A stretch of DNA of 64,000 bases, taken from positions 12,387 through 76,386 of the IMG/VR virus record IMGVR_UViG_3300033143_005857. One strand, given 5' to 3'. Under the pieces are notes generated by a model, which was not told the origin of the DNA, searched no databases, and was given only the letters and a program-made list of their open reading frames with translations. The stretch is from a virus. This document shows positions 9,843 through 21,012 of the stretch, in pieces. The translations under genes were made by a program, and so were the position numbers. Within the stretch, counting starts at the first letter, position 1. Every line of letters starts with the position of its first letter.

Positions 9843-11855
9843 ATGACAACGATTAGACGATTGCTACTTGAACTTGGTGTAGATGGTGATATATCTGCTA
9901 AAGAAAAGTTAAAAGACGTTCAACAAGCAGCAACAAGCCTTAAACAGTCTTTAGTAGAACTTGAAGTTCAATTACAAATCGTTGGTAAATCATTTACTGG
10001 CATGCCAACAATCAGCTCATTTGGAAATCTTGGTGGAGGAGGTGGAGTTGGTGGAGGAGTTGGTATATTAACAAAAAATGAGCGTAATGATGCACAAGCA
10101 CGTATGAATGCTGTTCGTGAGCAAGCAAGAATTACTCATGATATGGACATTAAAAAGTTAGATATTGCAAAAAAAACAAACGACTTGCAAGCAAATATTC
10201 AAAAAACATTAGAAAAACAAGTTTCTGAACAATTGCGTATATATCAAGAAACATCTAACGAACTCAAAGCAGATCGTATAATGTTTAAAAATATGCTAAC
10301 AAATTTACAAGATTTGATAACTAAAGCACAGCCGTATGTAAATAAAGCAAAATATCCAACTGGAAAGCGTGGAAGACCACCAAATGCGTATGAGGATTGG
10401 TTTGATCCGTCGATAGGAAAGAAAGGTATGCCAGCAAAAAGGCTTACTGCAAAGTGGGTTGTGTGGGCTGGAGAATTAAATAAATTAAAAGACGACATCA
10501 CAATTACTGCAAAACAATTACCAGTAGAAATAGGTTATATAAACAAACTATTGAAAGATGCTGGTTTGGACCACATTAAAACGTTTAAGGATTTAACAGA
10601 AGAAACAGAAAAAGCAAAAATGGCAATGACATTGCTTCGTAAGTATAGTTTACATGGCATTGATGTTAAACCATACACTAAGGCTGATGACTATTTAAAA
10701 TCTGGTTTATATCTTGAAAATCAACTAAGAGAAATGTCATACGAGCGTGGAGGCACTGCTAAAAAAGATTTAGACCTATCAAGTTCACTAATGGCTTCAA
10801 TAAGCAGAATAAAAAAAGAAGAAGCACCAACTCCAAAAGCTCCAACAAAGCAAGAATTAACAGAGTATGAAAAATTAGTTTTAAGACATTCAAAACTTCC
10901 ACCAGCAGATCCATACGTTTCACAAACAGCAGCAGAAAGAAGTAAAGAAGCAGATAAAGCAATAAAAGAAATAATGGCAAGACCAAAAGGAGAAGACTTT
11001 TATGCAAAAAATGCACGTGAATATAGAGAATATATAAAACGACAAGCAGCACCAAAAGAAGAAATTACACCAAAAAGAAAAGAGACAACGCTTGATGAAG
11101 ACATTACAGACTTTGAAGTAAGAATTGCTGCTTTAAAACATGCTCGTTCGGAAAATCAGTTTATTCCGTATATACCAAAGTCAAAATCATACAATGCACC
11201 AACACCTCCTCCACCAAAAAAACCAGTTCGACAATTAAATAAACGAGGATCTTCAACATTAACTTCACAACAGCTTGGTCTTCCACAATCAACAAGCAAG
11301 AATCCATTATCAGCAACAATAGAGGCTGAATATCTAAAAGCTCTAAATAATATAATGCACTATCAAAAAATACAGCAAGATAAAATGCAATTTAGATATC
11401 CAGAAGCAAGCAGAGCTGTAATTGCTAAACGGTTAGAAAGTGATGCAGAACGAAAACGTGTGCAAGAATATATTGAAAAAATTGAAAAACAAATACGTCC
11501 TACAATAGATCGTGAAGAAGAAATACGTAAACGTGGATTTGCAATTGAACCAGTAGAAAAAGCATGGAATTGGCAAAGAATTCAATCTCAAAAATGGGAA
11601 AGAACAAAAGAAAATATGAAAGGGAAAGCAATAAGTTTTATGAGTAAAAGTAGTATGTTTACACCAGCAAAGGATTATATTGCATCTCAGCGTGCTAAAA
11701 GGGTTCAAACTGCGAAAGATCTTGCACTAAAAGGTGCTGGTGCTCAAGTAATCAAACATTATAATATAGCTTTTAATTATGCAACAGTAGATTCTGATAA
11801 ACGTAAAGCTCAACTAATAAATGATTTACAACAAGCATTGAGGGGTGCAGACTAA
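9843..11855 (+). CDS. tape measure-position protein (atypical)
   Basis: Position and TMP-like N-terminus; body Lys/Arg/Pro-rich. Confidence 0.55.
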   Translation: MTTIRRLLLELGVDGDISAKEKLKDVQQAATSLKQSLVELEVQLQIVGKSFTGMPTISSFGNLGGGGGVGGGVGILTKNERNDAQARMNAVREQARITHDMDIKKLDIAKKTNDLQANIQKTLEKQVSEQLRIYQETSNELKADRIMFKNMLTNLQDLITKAQPYVNKAKYPTGKRGRPPNAYEDWFDPSIGKKGMPAKRLTAKWVVWAGELNKLKDDITITAKQLPVEIGYINKLLKDAGLDHIKTFKDLTEETEKAKMAMTLLRKYSLHGIDVKPYTKADDYLKSGLYLENQLREMSYERGGTAKKDLDLSSSLMASISRIKKEEAPTPKAPTKQELTEYEKLVLRHSKLPPADPYVSQTAAERSKEADKAIKEIMARPKGEDFYAKNAREYREYIKRQAAPKEEITPKRKETTLDEDITDFEVRIAALKHARSENQFIPYIPKSKSYNAPTPPPPKKPVRQLNKRGSSTLTSQQLGLPQSTSKNPLSATIEAEYLKALNNIMHYQKIQQDKMQFRYPEASRAVIAKRLESDAERKRVQEYIEKIEKQIRPTIDREEEIRKRGFAIEPVEKAWNWQRIQSQKWERTKENMKGKAISFMSKSSMFTPAKDYIASQRAKRVQTAKDLALKGAGAQVIKHYNIAFNYATVDSDKRKAQLINDLQQALRGAD

Positions 11856-12874
11856 TGGTTTCTCCAGAAGTAGTATTATTAGGCATTTTACCAATAAAAG
11901 TTGTTAAAAATATTACACATACACTTGGTTCAACTGCTGTTGGTTATGCTGTTGGAAACGGAGTTCGTGTGTATCAACCAAAAAACTCATTAGAACCAGA
12001 GAGAGTGCAATTGAATTGTAGTTTTTTAGACGCTGACAGATATTCGCACAAACTAATACTTGATTCAATGCACTATACAAAGATTCCATTTCCGTTTGTT
12101 TCTGGATTAGCTGCAATATCATTAGTCACAATCGAATCATTAGTATATATGCAAAATGCCAGCAGAAAGTCGTTTGCTGGTGGAGCAGTAATAGATTTTG
12201 TGATAACACTTTCAGAGTATAAAGCAAACATATTTACACGGATTGGTAGCAAAGTAGTTTGGGCTTTATGGACGTCATCAACGCATAAAGACGTTGGTGC
12301 AAATACTAAATTAATACCGACATATATTCCAATAAACGAATCTGCTACAACTACAACAGAAACGATAACAATGTCGTTAGAAGAATTGGAAGAACTTTCA
12401 ATTAGAGTTCCAGATAGTTGGACAACTGTTGAGATATCTGCAGCACACTCTCTTAATAGCAAATTTGATTTACTTCCATTTAATGCTGATGGTGTATTTC
12501 CACAATCTATAAAATTACGGTATCCTCCAACACCAGAACATGCTGAAAACTTTAATACTTTTACAAATATACCAGACCAATACGAGGATTATTGTTATCT
12601 TTATCCAGATTATGATTCAAACCAGAATGTTATTATTGAAATCACAATAATAGTAAAACAAACCCAAGGATCGATTTATACAACAATGAAAATAGTAGTA
12701 GATGGTGAAGAATTGTTCCAACGTAAAATAGTGCCAAATGTTGCGTATCAAATCGATGGTAAATATGAGATAGCATTTTCAGAGATAGATATTAAAGTAA
12801 AAAACATACAACCAGTTAATCTCGTTGGTGGAATTTATGGAAGCAAGCTAATAGGAGGTATTAGACTCTTATGA
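11855..12874 (+). CDS. tail tube initiator / baseplate hub-proximal protein
   Basis: Follows TMP; I.F.ITLSEY pattern. Confidence 0.5.
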   Translation: MVSPEVVLLGILPIKVVKNITHTLGSTAVGYAVGNGVRVYQPKNSLEPERVQLNCSFLDADRYSHKLILDSMHYTKIPFPFVSGLAAISLVTIESLVYMQNASRKSFAGGAVIDFVITLSEYKANIFTRIGSKVVWALWTSSTHKDVGANTKLIPTYIPINESATTTTETITMSLEELEELSIRVPDSWTTVEISAAHSLNSKFDLLPFNADGVFPQSIKLRYPPTPEHAENFNTFTNIPDQYEDYCYLYPDYDSNQNVIIEITIIVKQTQGSIYTTMKIVVDGEELFQRKIVPNVAYQIDGKYEIAFSEIDIKVKNIQPVNLVGGIYGSKLIGGIRLL

Positions 12875-14352
12875 GCATAATACTCAACAATCCAATGTAT
12901 TCTATCTTAATAAATGGTGTTCCAATTACAAATCAATTTGTTGATGCAGACATAAAAATAACGATGGACTCCTCGTTTGAACCAGACATTTTCAGAATTA
13001 ACATTTACAATATAAACGAAGTAATTCAACAAATTATAACAAATGGAGCTTTAGTAAATATAACTTTAGGCTATTCTGCAGCAATTATACGAACGTTGAT
13101 GACTGGAATTGCAACTAAAATTTACAGAGATGATACTGATAATGATGAGATTATTGTGATTGAAGGAATAGACCTTGTGACTCATTTGCTAAAGAAGAAA
13201 ACTATAAATTTAAACATAAATATACCTATGGATGTTGTTGAAATTGTTCGAAAAATTTGTATTAGTGCTGGTGTAATTTTAGCACCATCATCAATACCAT
13301 CTGGTATAATTCTGAGCAATTATACGATTGATGATGTTTCAGCCTATGAATCAGTAAAAGAATTGGCAAAACGTGTAAAATTCAATGCAACATCAAAAAA
13401 TAGTTTGTTATATTTTATTGCAAAATTAAATAATCCAATTCCGACATCTTCAATAAGCGACGGTGTTAATATAAAACTAACAAAAATTAGTGGGCTTAGC
13501 AATTCTGCTGAGAACAAATTAGAAGGATATAGTTTCTATGGTGTAGGTTTACCAACACTAATTCCTCTTAGTTTAGCAACAGTTTTAAAAACTACAGAAG
13601 GAATAATTGGCACATATCTTGTTGAAAGTGTTGTTCATGAGTATAATAGTAAAACTGGTTATTTATGTAATGGAATACTTGTAGAAATTAATGCAAATGA
13701 ACAAGAAGTAAAATTAACCAATTTACCAACAGAAAAATCAATTGTATCTTCTATTAAAAATCTTATTGAAAATTCGTTTAAAAATAAAAGAACGTTAGAT
13801 ACTGGTGTAGTAGAACAGTTATTTACAGTAGAACGACTACTAACATTAAAGTATGGGTTAAATCTTTATGATAATAAGCAGATAATAACACCAAGTCTTG
13901 AATCTGACATTTCTAAAGAAAATGTATTTTTAACAAAAAAGCCAGTTATGTCTATGCTTGCTGGCGACGGTTTTGGAATAATTACACCAATTTACAAGGA
14001 AATGCGAGCTGTATTAGGATTTAATAAATTTAGTTCGCAAGATGCAAATATATTAGGTTTTTTATGGAGAAAGGGATGGACAATACCAGAACATGATGAA
14101 GGAGAATATTTAATTCATCTTAAAAACCATTCTAAAATTAGTATGAAAGAAGATGGACATGGAATTTTTCAATTCAAAGGATTGAAGATAGAAATCAATA
14201 GTTCTTTAACTGCTGCAAAGACTACTGCAACGGACGATGGTAAATTAACAGTAATTTTGGGTTCTCAAGAAATTACAATGGATGGGTCTTCTATTGTTTT
14301 AAAAAGCGGTTCAACCATAACATTAACATCAAGCGGAGCTGACGTGACATGA
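12871..14352 (+). CDS. baseplate hub-spike fusion (gpD + gpV, VgrG-like)
   Basis: Hub-like N-half (I.IYN, V.ITLGY, IEGID), G.G..TP OB-fold-like part, beta-helix-like C-terminus. Confidence 0.65.
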   Translation: MSIILNNPMYSILINGVPITNQFVDADIKITMDSSFEPDIFRINIYNINEVIQQIITNGALVNITLGYSAAIIRTLMTGIATKIYRDDTDNDEIIVIEGIDLVTHLLKKKTINLNINIPMDVVEIVRKICISAGVILAPSSIPSGIILSNYTIDDVSAYESVKELAKRVKFNATSKNSLLYFIAKLNNPIPTSSISDGVNIKLTKISGLSNSAENKLEGYSFYGVGLPTLIPLSLATVLKTTEGIIGTYLVESVVHEYNSKTGYLCNGILVEINANEQEVKLTNLPTEKSIVSSIKNLIENSFKNKRTLDTGVVEQLFTVERLLTLKYGLNLYDNKQIITPSLESDISKENVFLTKKPVMSMLAGDGFGIITPIYKEMRAVLGFNKFSSQDANILGFLWRKGWTIPEHDEGEYLIHLKNHSKISMKEDGHGIFQFKGLKIEINSSLTAAKTTATDDGKLTVILGSQEITMDGSSIVLKSGSTITLTSSGADVT

Positions 14353-14747
14353 GCATAGAGGTTGCAGTTGATGGTATGACAGCAGTTTATACAAGTAGCG
14401 GACATGTTGCAGCAGATACTGGTGGAGTTTTGCCACAAGTTCCGTCTGGTTCATGGGGAAACACGTCATTTGTGGTTATAAAAGGTACGAAATGGTCTGT
14501 AAGCAGTAAAAAAGTAGAGTTAAGTGCAACTGCTACTTGGCTTTATACTGGTGGGATAAGTGGTCCACCGTCTGCTCCAGTTCCTATACCTCCTATACCA
14601 GATTCTGCATCATTAACAGCATCTACAACTAAAGTAAAAGATAAAGGTGCTAACGTGCTAAGAAAAGGAGATAAAGCAACTGGAACTATTGACAGTGATA
14701 ATTATATTGAAGTTGATTCTGGACAAACAAAATTAAAAAGTGCGTAA
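14349..14747 (+). CDS. spike tip (PAAR-like) protein
   Basis: VAVDG start, KVK..G..VLRKGD, SGQTKLKSA end; follows the spike. Confidence 0.55.
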   Translation: MSIEVAVDGMTAVYTSSGHVAADTGGVLPQVPSGSWGNTSFVVIKGTKWSVSSKKVELSATATWLYTGGISGPPSAPVPIPPIPDSASLTASTTKVKDKGANVLRKGDKATGTIDSDNYIEVDSGQTKLKSA

Positions 14748-14750
14748 ACT

Positions 14751-15128
14751 ATGAGTTATCTAACATTGAAAATAGAAGATGGTGATTTGCTTTTAAACAG
14801 CGACAATCAATTAGTTCTAACAGATGATGTTGCACAAGAATATAAAGTTTTAATTGAAACACAATTTGAAAGCGATTATCGTGATGGAAATTATGGTTTC
14901 AAACTATACGAACTTATGGAATCTGAATACGATGATAAATTGCAGTTAATACGTTTATATGTTGTAGAATGTATTTTTCAGCACTCTCGAACAGAGAGCA
15001 TTACGGAACTTACAATAGAAAAGATAGAAGAAGAAAACGTTCGTGATAGTAGAAAATATTTAGTTAATGTGACAGTAAAATTAAAAAGTGAAACAACAAT
15101 AAGTGTTGGTGCAACGATAAATGGCTGA
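14751..15128 (+). CDS. baseplate wedge / sheath initiator (gp25-like)
   Basis: DGDLLL, NYG motifs; precedes baseplate J. Confidence 0.65.
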   Translation: MSYLTLKIEDGDLLLNSDNQLVLTDDVAQEYKVLIETQFESDYRDGNYGFKLYELMESEYDDKLQLIRLYVVECIFQHSRTESITELTIEKIEEENVRDSRKYLVNVTVKLKSETTISVGATING

Positions 15129-16455
15129 ATACGGTATAACTGCAACTGGTTTTAACCAGAAAACGATAGACGTTATAGAAGAAGAATTTAAAGAATTATT
15201 AAAACAATTTTTCGGGACAAGTGTTGATGTTTCACAATTAAGCCCACTTTGGAAAATGGTGCAAGTTCCAGCAACAGAAGCAACAAATACTTGGACTCTT
15301 GCAGAATTGATGTTTTATAATAATTTTATAAATACAGCAGAAGGTGGAGCACTTGATCTTTTGGCAGAAGACCTTGGGCTTTCAAGAAAATCTGCGATAA
15401 GTGCTGAAGCCATATTAACTATTTACAAAAACAATGACGACCCAGTCACAGTTCCAATAAACTCTGTATTTGAAACGTCTGAAGGTATTCAGTTTAAAAC
15501 AGATACAGAATTAACAATAATTGTTGGTGCAAAAGAAACAACAACTGGAACTGTAAATTCAATTGCTATTAATGCTGGTATTGTTGGAAATGTTGCACCA
15601 AATACAATAATATTGCTTTCTGCAGCAATATCTGGAGTAGATAGATGTGATAACTTACTTGCTGCAGATGGTGGAGAAGAACGTGAAACAGATTCATCTT
15701 TGCGAAAACGTGTTAGATCGTATGTTAGAGCAACATGGACAGATGATGCAATAAGAGCAGCAGCATTAAATGTTGAAGGTGTTGATGGAGTAAAAATTAT
15801 TGAGGCTGCAACAAGTTATAATTGCTTAATTGTGCCAAAAACAGTATTTGATAACGATCTCAAAACAGCAGTTGAAATTGCAATAGAACCAGTGACTTGT
15901 ATTACTGTAGAATACACAGTTTTAGAAGCTGAAAGTGTAGGAATTGTTATTACTGCAGATATTAATATAGAAATAACATACGACGAAACAAGTGCAGAAT
16001 CAGACGCAGAAGTAGAAATCCGTGAATATTTGCAGACATTAGGTATTGATAGTGACGTATTCAGATCAAAAATAATACAAGCAATTATGGAAACTGTTGG
16101 AATAAATAATGCTTACAATGTTCTGCTATTTGCTCGACCAAATAATGAAACTCATCTTTATTTAACAGCTTCTGGCTTGACATACAACTTAGATTACTCA
16201 ACTGGAACTGATTCTGCAAGTGTAATAGTAAAAGGAACGCTTGCTGCTTCTCCAGATCATACGTTTGTAAAAACAACAGACTACACAATTGGCACAAGCC
16301 CAGCACGTGTAATATTTACTGGTTCTGGTGATTTGCCAGACAATGATACAGATATTTATGTGACTTACACATTTCCAGCAAATGCAATTGGAGACATAGA
16401 AATAAATCAAGACGATATTGCTTCATTTGGTTCAATAGACTTTACAGTAATTTAG
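15121..16455 (+). CDS. baseplate J-like protein
   Basis: YGIT.TGF, TAEG.ALD, G..GNV, GG.ERETD..LR.R motifs. Confidence 0.9.
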   Translation: MAEYGITATGFNQKTIDVIEEEFKELLKQFFGTSVDVSQLSPLWKMVQVPATEATNTWTLAELMFYNNFINTAEGGALDLLAEDLGLSRKSAISAEAILTIYKNNDDPVTVPINSVFETSEGIQFKTDTELTIIVGAKETTTGTVNSIAINAGIVGNVAPNTIILLSAAISGVDRCDNLLAADGGEERETDSSLRKRVRSYVRATWTDDAIRAAALNVEGVDGVKIIEAATSYNCLIVPKTVFDNDLKTAVEIAIEPVTCITVEYTVLEAESVGIVITADINIEITYDETSAESDAEVEIREYLQTLGIDSDVFRSKIIQAIMETVGINNAYNVLLFARPNNETHLYLTASGLTYNLDYSTGTDSASVIVKGTLAASPDHTFVKTTDYTIGTSPARVIFTGSGDLPDNDTDIYVTYTFPANAIGDIEINQDDIASFGSIDFTVI

Positions 16456-16463
16456 GTGATAAT

Positions 16464-17465
16464 ATGATAGAACGAATGGCTGCACGATTTAAAGGTTGTA
16501 TATCGTATGAAAACGGTATAAGAACAACAAGATTAGCAAGTTTCATAACTGATGGAACAACATTTACTACAACTATATTTGATATACCACATGAACCATG
16601 TCCAATATTGGCTACATTAAAAAATCAAAAGAATAACATACCATACGAAGACGAAATACCACTCCACTTTGAAATCAGCTATAAAAACCAAGATGACATT
16701 ACACATACCGCTTATTGTGAAATTCCAATTTATGCTGAAAAAGATTTAGACTTTCGTATAAACATGGAAGAACCAAACGATTTTGTTAAAGAAATACTAT
16801 CTATTGCACCTCGAACTGGATATACTGATTATAAAGGTGATCTTAACGATGTAGTTGAAATTATAGCATTAGAAGGAAATATAATTAAAATTCAAGCAGC
16901 AATCTCAATAATATTTAGCGAAGCATTATATCAAATTCGTGCTGTTTCAATACAGAAATTTGTTGAAACTGCATATTCTGGTGGTTTGAGACGATTAGCA
17001 CAAGACTTTGGGTTAAATCTTGGTTCTACATTTACAGAAATAGAATTACGGTTATTTACACGGATATTTTCAACGTTTGTTGTTCCGTCAAAATCGTTTA
17101 TGCAAGAAACTATGTCAACTATCTTTAAAGTATTAGATCCTACTGGTTATGTGGAAGTAATACCAGAATATAGCGACAGTTATTATAGAATGCTTGTAGA
17201 TATTTACACAACTATAACAGACTTTACAGAAAATAATATTAAAATTTTGTTATTATTTGCAGAACGTTACAGACCAGTTCCAGCAACAAATTTAATAACA
17301 GTAATATTTCCAGTATTATTTGACATTGACCTTGCAAGAGATGAAGGCAGCGTTGAAATAACAGAAGCAATTATAACTATGAGCACAGTCACATTTATGA
17401 GTTCAACAACTTATATGGGTGCTGGAAACATTATCGAGCCAGATTTACCAACTACATATCCGTAA
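16464..17465 (+). CDS. baseplate wedge protein (gpI-like)
   Basis: After J; ETA...L..LA.DFG and RP motifs. Confidence 0.5.
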   Translation: MIERMAARFKGCISYENGIRTTRLASFITDGTTFTTTIFDIPHEPCPILATLKNQKNNIPYEDEIPLHFEISYKNQDDITHTAYCEIPIYAEKDLDFRINMEEPNDFVKEILSIAPRTGYTDYKGDLNDVVEIIALEGNIIKIQAAISIIFSEALYQIRAVSIQKFVETAYSGGLRRLAQDFGLNLGSTFTEIELRLFTRIFSTFVVPSKSFMQETMSTIFKVLDPTGYVEVIPEYSDSYYRMLVDIYTTITDFTENNIKILLLFAERYRPVPATNLITVIFPVLFDIDLARDEGSVEITEAIITMSTVTFMSSTTYMGAGNIIEPDLPTTYP

Positions 17466-17467
17466 AC

Positions 17468-17482
17468 AAAATTTACATATAT
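17468..17482 (+). promoter_or_regulatory. putative late promoter motif
   Basis: AAAATTTACATATAT upstream of the fibre genes. Confidence 0.7.
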
Positions 17483-17514
17483 TTGTCAATAGAAAAATAA
17501 GATAGGTTAAAAAT

Positions 17515-18009
17515 ATGAGTGAAACAAAATTTGTGAAAGGAGAAGTAACAATCAATATAATTGATGCTAAAACTGGCAAAATTAAGGAGACTCATGAATT
17601 CACAAATATTTTAGTAGATACTGGTAGAAAAATGCACAGAAATTGGGCTGCAAGCATTGCACCAGCAACAGATCCTAATTATAATGTTGATACTCATATA
17701 TCTCATATTGCTGTTGGTGATGATAATACTGCTGTGGCTCAAACCCAAACATCATTAGGAAATGAATTATTAAAGAAAGAAGTGTATCCTACACCAAATG
17801 CTGGATGTGGTATCACGCTTGTAAACAACGAAACAGTGCAATATGAAATGCTAATTAATACATCTGAATTAAATGGTGAAACAATAAGAGAATTGTGTTT
17901 GATTAGCGAAACATTTACAAATTTTATGGTATCCAGATTATTGTGCGGCAATCTTGCAAAAACAAGTGATGTTCAGTTTTTAATTAAGTATAGATTTGTG
18001 TATGGTTGA
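17515..18009 (+). CDS. tail fibre-attachment / collar protein
   Basis: N.LVDTG, HIAVG, L.NE, IRE..L motifs. Confidence 0.6.
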   Translation: MSETKFVKGEVTINIIDAKTGKIKETHEFTNILVDTGRKMHRNWAASIAPATDPNYNVDTHISHIAVGDDNTAVAQTQTSLGNELLKKEVYPTPNAGCGITLVNNETVQYEMLINTSELNGETIRELCLISETFTNFMVSRLLCGNLAKTSDVQFLIKYRFVYG

Positions 18010-18014
18010 TAAAA

Positions 18015-20678
18015 ATGGTAGAAGTAAACTTAGAAGAATTTTACAAACAAAAAAATATAAAGCCAGAATATGATAGCAGTGGTGGAAGTGATTATGTTGA
18101 TACTGTTGACAATCTTCAAGCAGCGAAGTTTAATCATCGTTGGAATGTAGAAGATGTAATGTTTCTTTTACTTCAGAAGCATTTACGAAATTCTCGTGGG
18201 CTTTCAAACAACAAAATTGCATCTTATTTGTATCCACAAATTTCTGGAGATATATTAGCAAATTTAGCACGAAAACCATTTGAATCTATGCTTGATGCAA
18301 ATAATGCAATGGATTTCATTATACGAGGTAGTCATGCAACGATAGGTTTAAATTCACCGTTTAAAATGCAAATGCCAACTGCAGATTTTGTTGATATGGT
18401 TTATCCAGCAGAAGAAGAATTTAGTATCTTAAGCGGAACAACAAATCTTTTTGAAATACAAACAAATTATCCAACAACTGCTAATAGATGGTATCGATTA
18501 GGACATGATGGTGCTGAAGGTTCGCCAGACGTTGTTATAGTGCAGAAAGCATTGCCAAGTTCTGTGCAATGGGCAGTAGTGGAGATTGTTTTTGAAGATT
18601 ATCAAAACAATCCAACAACGAAAGACCAAGTTATTCGTATTAAAGGCGACGATCATAGCGAATACATAGAACTTATTTTAGATCCAGACAATTCAAATTA
18701 CAGATACAATTATGGATTATGGAATGGGAGCTCTTTGCAGACTGGCTCAGACCAAGATACTGGAGTAGCACGAAGCAGTGCAATACATAGATTTCAAATA
18801 GTGTGTTATAAAACAACTACTAAACTATACTTAGATAACAGCAACTTCTTTACGTCTCCAGTATCTCAGCGGTTTGAATACGTTGATGATTTAGAATTCG
18901 AAAGCGGAAACGATGGTGGAGGTGCTGATCATTTTGATATTATACGATTTAATGTATATCATAATGTTATGTTTACGCTTGCAGCAGACACAAAAAATTA
19001 TATATATATTGACCAAGCAGATGGTATAATTAAAGAAACAACATCATTACCAACTGCTATTCTTGGAGTTATATTATATATGGTAGATGTTCCAAGTGGT
19101 GCAAGCAGTATAATAACTGATTATGTAGCAGATTTACGGACATTAACTGGTTTTTATAAACAATACAAATATTTGGAGGATATGGTTGAAGCACTTGTAA
19201 TTGATAGTATTGCAAGTGGTGATTCAACACATGCACCAAGCAGAAATGCTGTATTTGACGGACTTGGAACAAAAGAACCTACAATCGCTGTTAAAGACAA
19301 TGCTAATCCTAAGAATCATGATAGATATGCTACTTCTGAAGCAAGAACTGATTGTGTTGCTGATTCAATTTTAGATGAAGATTTAACACACGCTCCAGAC
19401 GGAAACTCTGTATTTGATGCATTAGCATTAAAAGAAAACAATATAGACTATGGAATTGCAGACGGAAATGTTATGAAAGCAGAGAATACGGTAGTTGCTA
19501 CTGAAATTGCAAAGTTTACTGCTACTGGATTAGAAGGACAATCAAAGGCAGAAATGCTCTCATTTTTAAATGCTGCAGATGGTGCAGTTGATGGTGCTGG
19601 AGCACTTACTTATGTGCAAAATAATGGCTTACGTATGGCAGAAAGCAAAGTAATAAGCACAAATATTGCAGAAGATTCGTATGTTTATCGTGATGTTGCA
19701 TCTCGTTATGGTAATCAGACTGGAGCTTTATTAATTACATTGCCATCAGTTCCACCATCAACTACAAGAATGGTTGTTCATCTTGAAGGAACTGCACTTG
19801 ATGAAGGAGATGGTTCATATTATACATGGAGAGCAGAAATATCTGCTTATGCAATTGGTTCTAATGGCTGGTTTGCTCATGCAACTTCTGATATAGGGTT
19901 AGAAATATATGGAAAATGCTCATTTACTCCAAAAGTAAATCTGATGCAAACGTCACAATACAATCCAACAACTATGTATATGGTATTTGGAGATATAGCA
20001 GATGATGGAGCACTTGTAGAAAAAATTACGATAACTAAAGTAGAAATATGGGATTTTTCACATACTTGGGATGATGCTGGGTGTGCTACTGGGTGGACGT
20101 TATCAAACATCACAGATTTAACTGGATATTGGCATACACTTATTGGAACTACAGATGGAACACAAGCATTCTTAGATGGAAGTTATTTTGATGTTAATGG
20201 ATTTAATGCAGAAAAGACTGCAAATTTTAATGCTGCTACCAATTTTAATAGTATAGCAACGATTGCTGACCAAAAACGGCTTCGGTTTGAAAATTTTTCT
20301 ATTGGCACATTAGATGATAATGAATATAGTGGAATTACTGCAAAATTCTTAGTTGGAGAAACGTTAGTATTTGGAGATGTTTGTTATGTTAGTTCTACTG
20401 GTATGAAAAAAGCAGATGCAGATGGTGTATCTACATATCCAGCAATTGCAGTAGCGTTAGGAGCATGGAGTGCTACAAATGTTGAAGAATTTTTAATTAT
20501 TGGAATTTATTATGCTTCACAGTCTGTGACGGCTGGATTGCCAGTGCATCTCTCAGAAACATCGGGTGCTGTTGTAACATCTATAACTGGTTTGAATTAT
20601 GTTCAACGTTTAGGTATTGCACTTTCATCAAGAGTAGTATATTTCAATCCAAGCTTAGACGTATTAACAGCATCGTGA
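18015..20678 (+). CDS. tail fibre / receptor-binding protein
   Basis: ~887-aa mosaic with lectin-like part, internal repeat (THAP..N.VFD.L..KE x2), C-terminal decoration-like domain. Confidence 0.65.
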   Translation: MVEVNLEEFYKQKNIKPEYDSSGGSDYVDTVDNLQAAKFNHRWNVEDVMFLLLQKHLRNSRGLSNNKIASYLYPQISGDILANLARKPFESMLDANNAMDFIIRGSHATIGLNSPFKMQMPTADFVDMVYPAEEEFSILSGTTNLFEIQTNYPTTANRWYRLGHDGAEGSPDVVIVQKALPSSVQWAVVEIVFEDYQNNPTTKDQVIRIKGDDHSEYIELILDPDNSNYRYNYGLWNGSSLQTGSDQDTGVARSSAIHRFQIVCYKTTTKLYLDNSNFFTSPVSQRFEYVDDLEFESGNDGGGADHFDIIRFNVYHNVMFTLAADTKNYIYIDQADGIIKETTSLPTAILGVILYMVDVPSGASSIITDYVADLRTLTGFYKQYKYLEDMVEALVIDSIASGDSTHAPSRNAVFDGLGTKEPTIAVKDNANPKNHDRYATSEARTDCVADSILDEDLTHAPDGNSVFDALALKENNIDYGIADGNVMKAENTVVATEIAKFTATGLEGQSKAEMLSFLNAADGAVDGAGALTYVQNNGLRMAESKVISTNIAEDSYVYRDVASRYGNQTGALLITLPSVPPSTTRMVVHLEGTALDEGDGSYYTWRAEISAYAIGSNGWFAHATSDIGLEIYGKCSFTPKVNLMQTSQYNPTTMYMVFGDIADDGALVEKITITKVEIWDFSHTWDDAGCATGWTLSNITDLTGYWHTLIGTTDGTQAFLDGSYFDVNGFNAEKTANFNAATNFNSIATIADQKRLRFENFSIGTLDDNEYSGITAKFLVGETLVFGDVCYVSSTGMKKADADGVSTYPAIAVALGAWSATNVEEFLIIGIYYASQSVTAGLPVHLSETSGAVVTSITGLNYVQRLGIALSSRVVYFNPSLDVLTAS

Positions 20679-20682
20679 TAAT

Positions 20683-21012
20683 ATGACAACAGCAAAAGAG
20701 TTAGCACAAGCATGTATAGCAGAAAAGTGGCAAAATATCAGTAGTATTACTGATAACATACTTGGAGATTGTGCATTTTGTGTTGATGCTAAATCTCGTG
20801 CTGTTGCTGATGGAAAAACAATAACTGATAAAGATTCCATTTATTGTGATTATTGCCAAGCACCAACTAATCTTTGTAATAATAATAAAGAAACTGTTTC
20901 TATATTTGTAGATATGCGTAAGCTTATACGTGATGGTAATTCTGTTGACTTTCTTGAAAAGTTAAACACTTTCAAACAAGGGCTTTTACTTATTGCCGAA
21001 GATGGTGAATAA
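20683..21012 (+). CDS. hypothetical Cys-rich protein
   Basis: CxFC...CxxCxxPxxLC. Confidence 0.55.
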   Translation: MTTAKELAQACIAEKWQNISSITDNILGDCAFCVDAKSRAVADGKTITDKDSIYCDYCQAPTNLCNNNKETVSIFVDMRKLIRDGNSVDFLEKLNTFKQGLLLIAEDGE

